Part shown: positions 23,308 through 26,466 of the stretch, piece after piece | Numbering within the stretch: position 1 is the stretch's first letter | Layout of the letters: every line of letters begins with the position of its first letter | Source: a virus | Taxonomy: Duplodnaviria; Caudoviricetes | Virus record (IMG/VR): IMGVR_UViG_3300031519_000184 | Span: 1-26,466 of that record | Reading direction: 5' to 3' (one strand) | Length of the DNA stretch: 26,466 nucleotides | Notes under the pieces: generated by a model | What the model saw: the letters and a program-made list of their open reading frames with translations, nothing else | What the model was told of the DNA's origin: nothing | The model's database searches: none | Translations under genes and position numbers: made by a program

Positions 23308-25953
23308 ATGAAACTCGCAGATCGTACAGTTGAAATTCATTCAAATGGTGTTGACAGTAGCAATCAGTTTAGCATTGCTCAGACAAGTAAGATGTTTAAG
23401 ATTTTGTCAGACTCATTGTATTCTGACAAGGTTATGGCAGTTATTCGTGAACTGTCTACAAATGCTAATGACGCTCACGTTGCATCAGGTAACAGGAACC
23501 CTTTCAAGGTCAGTCTACCCACACAAGCCAACCCTAACTTTACGGTAAGAGATTATGGTACTGGATTATCTCAAGAAGATATGGAAGAACTGTATACAAC
23601 TTACGGTGCTAGTAACAAAAATGATAGTAATGATTTTACTGGGTGTCTTGGACTTGGTTCTAAGAGTCCTTTCGCTTATACTAAGAGTTTTTCCACTACT
23701 TCTTATCACAACGGTCAAGCGTATGCTTATATTGCTGCTATGGATGAAGGTGGTGTTCCTAGTCTGAGTTTGTTTGGAGTCACTAATACTGACGAGCCTA
23801 ATGGTCTTGAAATTAGTTTTGCAGTAAAGCAAAGTGACTTCCAAGAGTTTACTGAAAAGTCTAAGAGAATCTTTCATTACTTTAAGACTAAACCAATTAT
23901 GGAAGGTGGTACTTGTAAACTTCTTAATAATCATACTTATTCTCATACTAATACTATTGTAGAAGGGACTAACTGGCGTGTTGGTAGAATATCTGATAAT
24001 GATGACAAGTATCCTAGTACATATAACAGTCCCGGTGCTGGCATTGTGGCTATCATGGGCAATATTGCGTACCCAGTAGATTCCGATAAGATTATCGGCA
24101 AAGAAGAACAAGAACAAAAGAGTGATGCTATTCAACGATGGAATAGAGCATTCAAGAAAGCTGATGTAGACAACTGGACTAATCTAGTCAAAGAGATATT
24201 AAACTCTGGGTTATATCTTGAGATCACCTGCGATATTGGTGAACTAGAGATGGATGTTAGTAGAGAAGGTCTACAGTATACTAAGGGTGTTATTAAAACT
24301 CTGAGAGAAAAGACCCAAGATATTTATCTACAACTCAAGAGCAATATGTCAACAAAGGTTGAAGAGTGTGACAATCTTATAGATGCTTACCAAACATATT
24401 ATAAGCTGGCTGATATTGCTGGTGGATATACTGCTGGTGCAGAATGGATTGATACCGAAGGGAAGAAACATGATCTGTCTGCTGGTGAAGACCTAGATTA
24501 TAAATTGGGTAAACATAAGCAGTTGTATGTTATTAATTATCGTACCGCTAGTCATCGCTCCAAGAGGATGTTGTACCTTACAGATAAAATCCATCATGAG
24601 ACTCTACAGGGTAAATCATCAAACTATTGGGAGAAGACTCGCAAGACTAATCCCTTAGCCTTCTTTGTCTGTGACACTAGAAGTCCTGAGACTGCTAAGA
24701 AGATTGTGATTAAATATTGTAATCAGAATGATTGTATGGCGTATCTTATGATTGACACTCAAAATCCAGAAGAAGATTCTGGTGAGGGTTTCGCTAAACT
24801 TATTAAAGATATTGGTGGAGAAGAAAACGTCAAGAATATTTCTGAATACCGTAGTCTGCTACAATCTAGCACCAAGGGAAGAACTGGCACTGGTGCTGGT
24901 ATGATTAGTAAGGACGAAATCTTTTTATTAAAAAGTTCTAAAGATTATGATAAGAAAGAGTGTTCTGATCTTAGTGGCAATAATCTTAATGACTCTAGCT
25001 TTCTTAGTGAATTAAGTGATAGCCTAGTAGAAGGACTAGAAGATGCTGAACAAGTAATCTATGTTCCTATTACTAGATATTCTTCTGTCAGTCCTTATCC
25101 CGGCCTTCATAAGATTCATAATCTAGCGACTAAGGACAATGTATTAGGTAGTATTTTGTTTAGCAGATATAACGTCTACGCTATCAAACAAAGTTCAGTA
25201 GCTAAATTACAAAAGCAGGGAATAAACCTAGTATCTTTTAATGAATGGTTTAAAAGCAAGGCTGCAAAAATGTCTAAGAAATTAAGAGAAGAAGTAGGTA
25301 AGTACGATGCAGTCATTAATCACTGTAACAAAGAATATTCTACCGCAGACTTTAAGAAGCAAAGAAGTTGGAGTCATCAGCCAGAGCATTCAGATAGAGT
25401 TCTAATGGCTAATCTTTTAAATATCTATGGGCTTGACTACAAAGATTATATTAAAGATGAGACAGTCATTCAGGCTATGGATCAGTGGCTACTGATTTAC
25501 TACTTTGCTCAAGTTGCAAATAGTGAATACTTTAACCTCAGAGTGTTTAGTAGACAAAGACTTGAACAGCATGTAAATAACATAGCAGGTGAATATAATA
25601 TCACAGAAGATGCAAAAGATATTAATACTAAGATTCTTAAACTAAACAATATGCTCTTTGAATTTAAGAAACTGTATGGTTACGAAGAGTTGCCATCTGG
25701 TAAGAAATCACTTAGTCAGGAAATCATCAAGACCTTGCCTAAAATGGATAGTCTTAGAAAAATTCTTAAAGGTGCTATTGACAAGTCTCCGATACTAAAG
25801 TATATTATGAGTGGTAACGACGACTTGGATATTGAGAAAATCAAGGACAGTGATCCTACAAATATTCATAACAATGGTTACTATGGTAGAGACAAATGGT
25901 TTGATAATATTGCTCTCATCGGTTTGAGAGAAACAATAGGAAATTTGGTTTAG
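23308..25953 (+). CDS. rIIA: rIIA-like protein (GHKL ATPase N-terminus)
   Basis: FKILSDSLYSDKVMAVIRELSTNANDAH, VRDYGTGLS, GCLGLGSKSPFAYT, IMGNIAYP, GELEMDVSREGLQY; followed by rIIB. Confidence 0.9.
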   Translation: MKLADRTVEIHSNGVDSSNQFSIAQTSKMFKILSDSLYSDKVMAVIRELSTNANDAHVASGNRNPFKVSLPTQANPNFTVRDYGTGLSQEDMEELYTTYGASNKNDSNDFTGCLGLGSKSPFAYTKSFSTTSYHNGQAYAYIAAMDEGGVPSLSLFGVTNTDEPNGLEISFAVKQSDFQEFTEKSKRIFHYFKTKPIMEGGTCKLLNNHTYSHTNTIVEGTNWRVGRISDNDDKYPSTYNSPGAGIVAIMGNIAYPVDSDKIIGKEEQEQKSDAIQRWNRAFKKADVDNWTNLVKEILNSGLYLEITCDIGELEMDVSREGLQYTKGVIKTLREKTQDIYLQLKSNMSTKVEECDNLIDAYQTYYKLADIAGGYTAGAEWIDTEGKKHDLSAGEDLDYKLGKHKQLYVINYRTASHRSKRMLYLTDKIHHETLQGKSSNYWEKTRKTNPLAFFVCDTRSPETAKKIVIKYCNQNDCMAYLMIDTQNPEEDSGEGFAKLIKDIGGEENVKNISEYRSLLQSSTKGRTGTGAGMISKDEIFLLKSSKDYDKKECSDLSGNNLNDSSFLSELSDSLVEGLEDAEQVIYVPITRYSSVSPYPGLHKIHNLATKDNVLGSILFSRYNVYAIKQSSVAKLQKQGINLVSFNEWFKSKAAKMSKKLREEVGKYDAVINHCNKEYSTADFKKQRSWSHQPEHSDRVLMANLLNIYGLDYKDYIKDETVIQAMDQWLLIYYFAQVANSEYFNLRVFSRQRLEQHVNNIAGEYNITEDAKDINTKILKLNNMLFEFKKLYGYEELPSGKKSLSQEIIKTLPKMDSLRKILKGAIDKSPILKYIMSGNDDLDIEKIKDSDPTNIHNNGYYGRDKWFDNIALIGLRETIGNLV

Positions 25954-25977
25954 GTTTTATTTCACAGGAGTTTGATT

Positions 25978-26466
25978 ATGAGTGTTCCTTTTATGTGGGT
26001 TGACGGCAATTTAACGGTGATCTTAAAGAATAAGGCTCACCAAGTAATTCCAGATCATACTAATTACAAGTTGATTCTGGAAGCACTACCAACAGCAACA
26101 GAAGATGAGTTGCTAGAATTGGTAGACATTGAGAAAGCTGTTGCTACTTTTAGTGACGGGCAAGTATCAATCGTAAATGGCAAGGTGATGTTCGAGGGCG
26201 AAGAGGTTCACGGCAGCATCAGTAAGAGAATTATAGAATTTATGAGCAAAGGTTTGCCTTTTCAGCCTCTTGTAAAGTTCTTGGAAAATCTTATGGACAA
26301 TCCAAGTATGCAGAGTCAGCAAGAACTGTATGACTTCTTGGAGCATGAGAACCTTCCTATCACTGAAGATGGATGCTTCCTTGCATACAAGGCAGTTAGT
26401 AAAGACTTTAAAGATAAGTGGAGAGGAACATTTAATAACAGTGTTGGTCAAGTCTGCGAAATGCGT
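25978..26466 (+). CDS. rIIB: rIIB-like protein (partial, runs off the window)
   Basis: In-frame translation MSVPFMWVDG...PLVKFLENLMDNPS...ELYDFLEHENLPITEDGCFLAYKAV..D.KD...GTFNNSVGQVCEMR matches rIIB motifs; CAGGAG SD. Confidence 0.9.
   Translation, partial: MSVPFMWVDGNLTVILKNKAHQVIPDHTNYKLILEALPTATEDELLELVDIEKAVATFSDGQVSIVNGKVMFEGEEVHGSISKRIIEFMSKGLPFQPLVKFLENLMDNPSMQSQQELYDFLEHENLPITEDGCFLAYKAVSKDFKDKWRGTFNNSVGQVCEMR

Noticed and set aside
23308-24000. Hsp90, MutL or histidine-kinase call for the GHKL domain
   Set aside because: rIIA-type motifs and the directly adjacent rIIB fit rIIA better.
8673-26451. Other minus-strand ORFs (8673, 10817, 11487, 12501, 13736, 17466, 22767, 23566, 26167) and out-of-frame + ORFs 23330 and 23555
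   Set aside because: They are shadow ORFs lying within or across well-supported + strand genes.
1-26466. Stop-codon reassignment (alternative genetic code)
   Set aside because: Known genes are full length in code 11, and TAA, TAG and TGA all end genes at sensible positions. The tRNA anticodon reads UAA (Leu), so it is not a suppressor.
1-26466. Bacterial chromosomal origin
   Set aside because: rIIA/rIIB, many small orphan ORFs, single-strand packing and phage-type conserved peptides point to a phage despite the host-like genes.

Overview
AT-rich, gene-dense segment of a large tailed-phage genome. All credible genes are on the + strand. The host is probably in Planctomycetota, inferred from a complete DUF1559 prepilin-like H-X9-DG gene. 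Recognisable genes: thyX, UV-damage endonuclease uvsE, ATP-dependent DNA ligase, an HhH glycosylase-like protein, rIIA and partial rIIB, a PspC-domain protein, a kinase-fold protein, a tmRNA (tag ADTSVLALAA) and a short-variable-arm tRNA-Leu(UAA). A roughly 10 kb glycan-modification region encodes a KdsC-like HAD phosphatase, a PfkB kinase, a nucleotidyltransferase-RpiB fusion, a GDPD-like protein, glycosyltransferase-like proteins, two sulfotransferases and two methyltransferases. The most notable unexplained signals are: (i) a 166-nt tRNA-mimic RNA just upstream of the tmRNA; (ii) a set of sigma70-type promoters with an internal G[AC]CGAT box, several in front of DNA-repair genes, plus a second GGTGTA promoter-like motif; (iii) a doubled ACGTAAGT-N15-ACTTACG palindrome; and (iv) a putative sugar-nucleotide pathway that follows ADP-heptose logic but uses RpiB. 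All calls come from reading motifs by eye; no database searches or folding computations were run.
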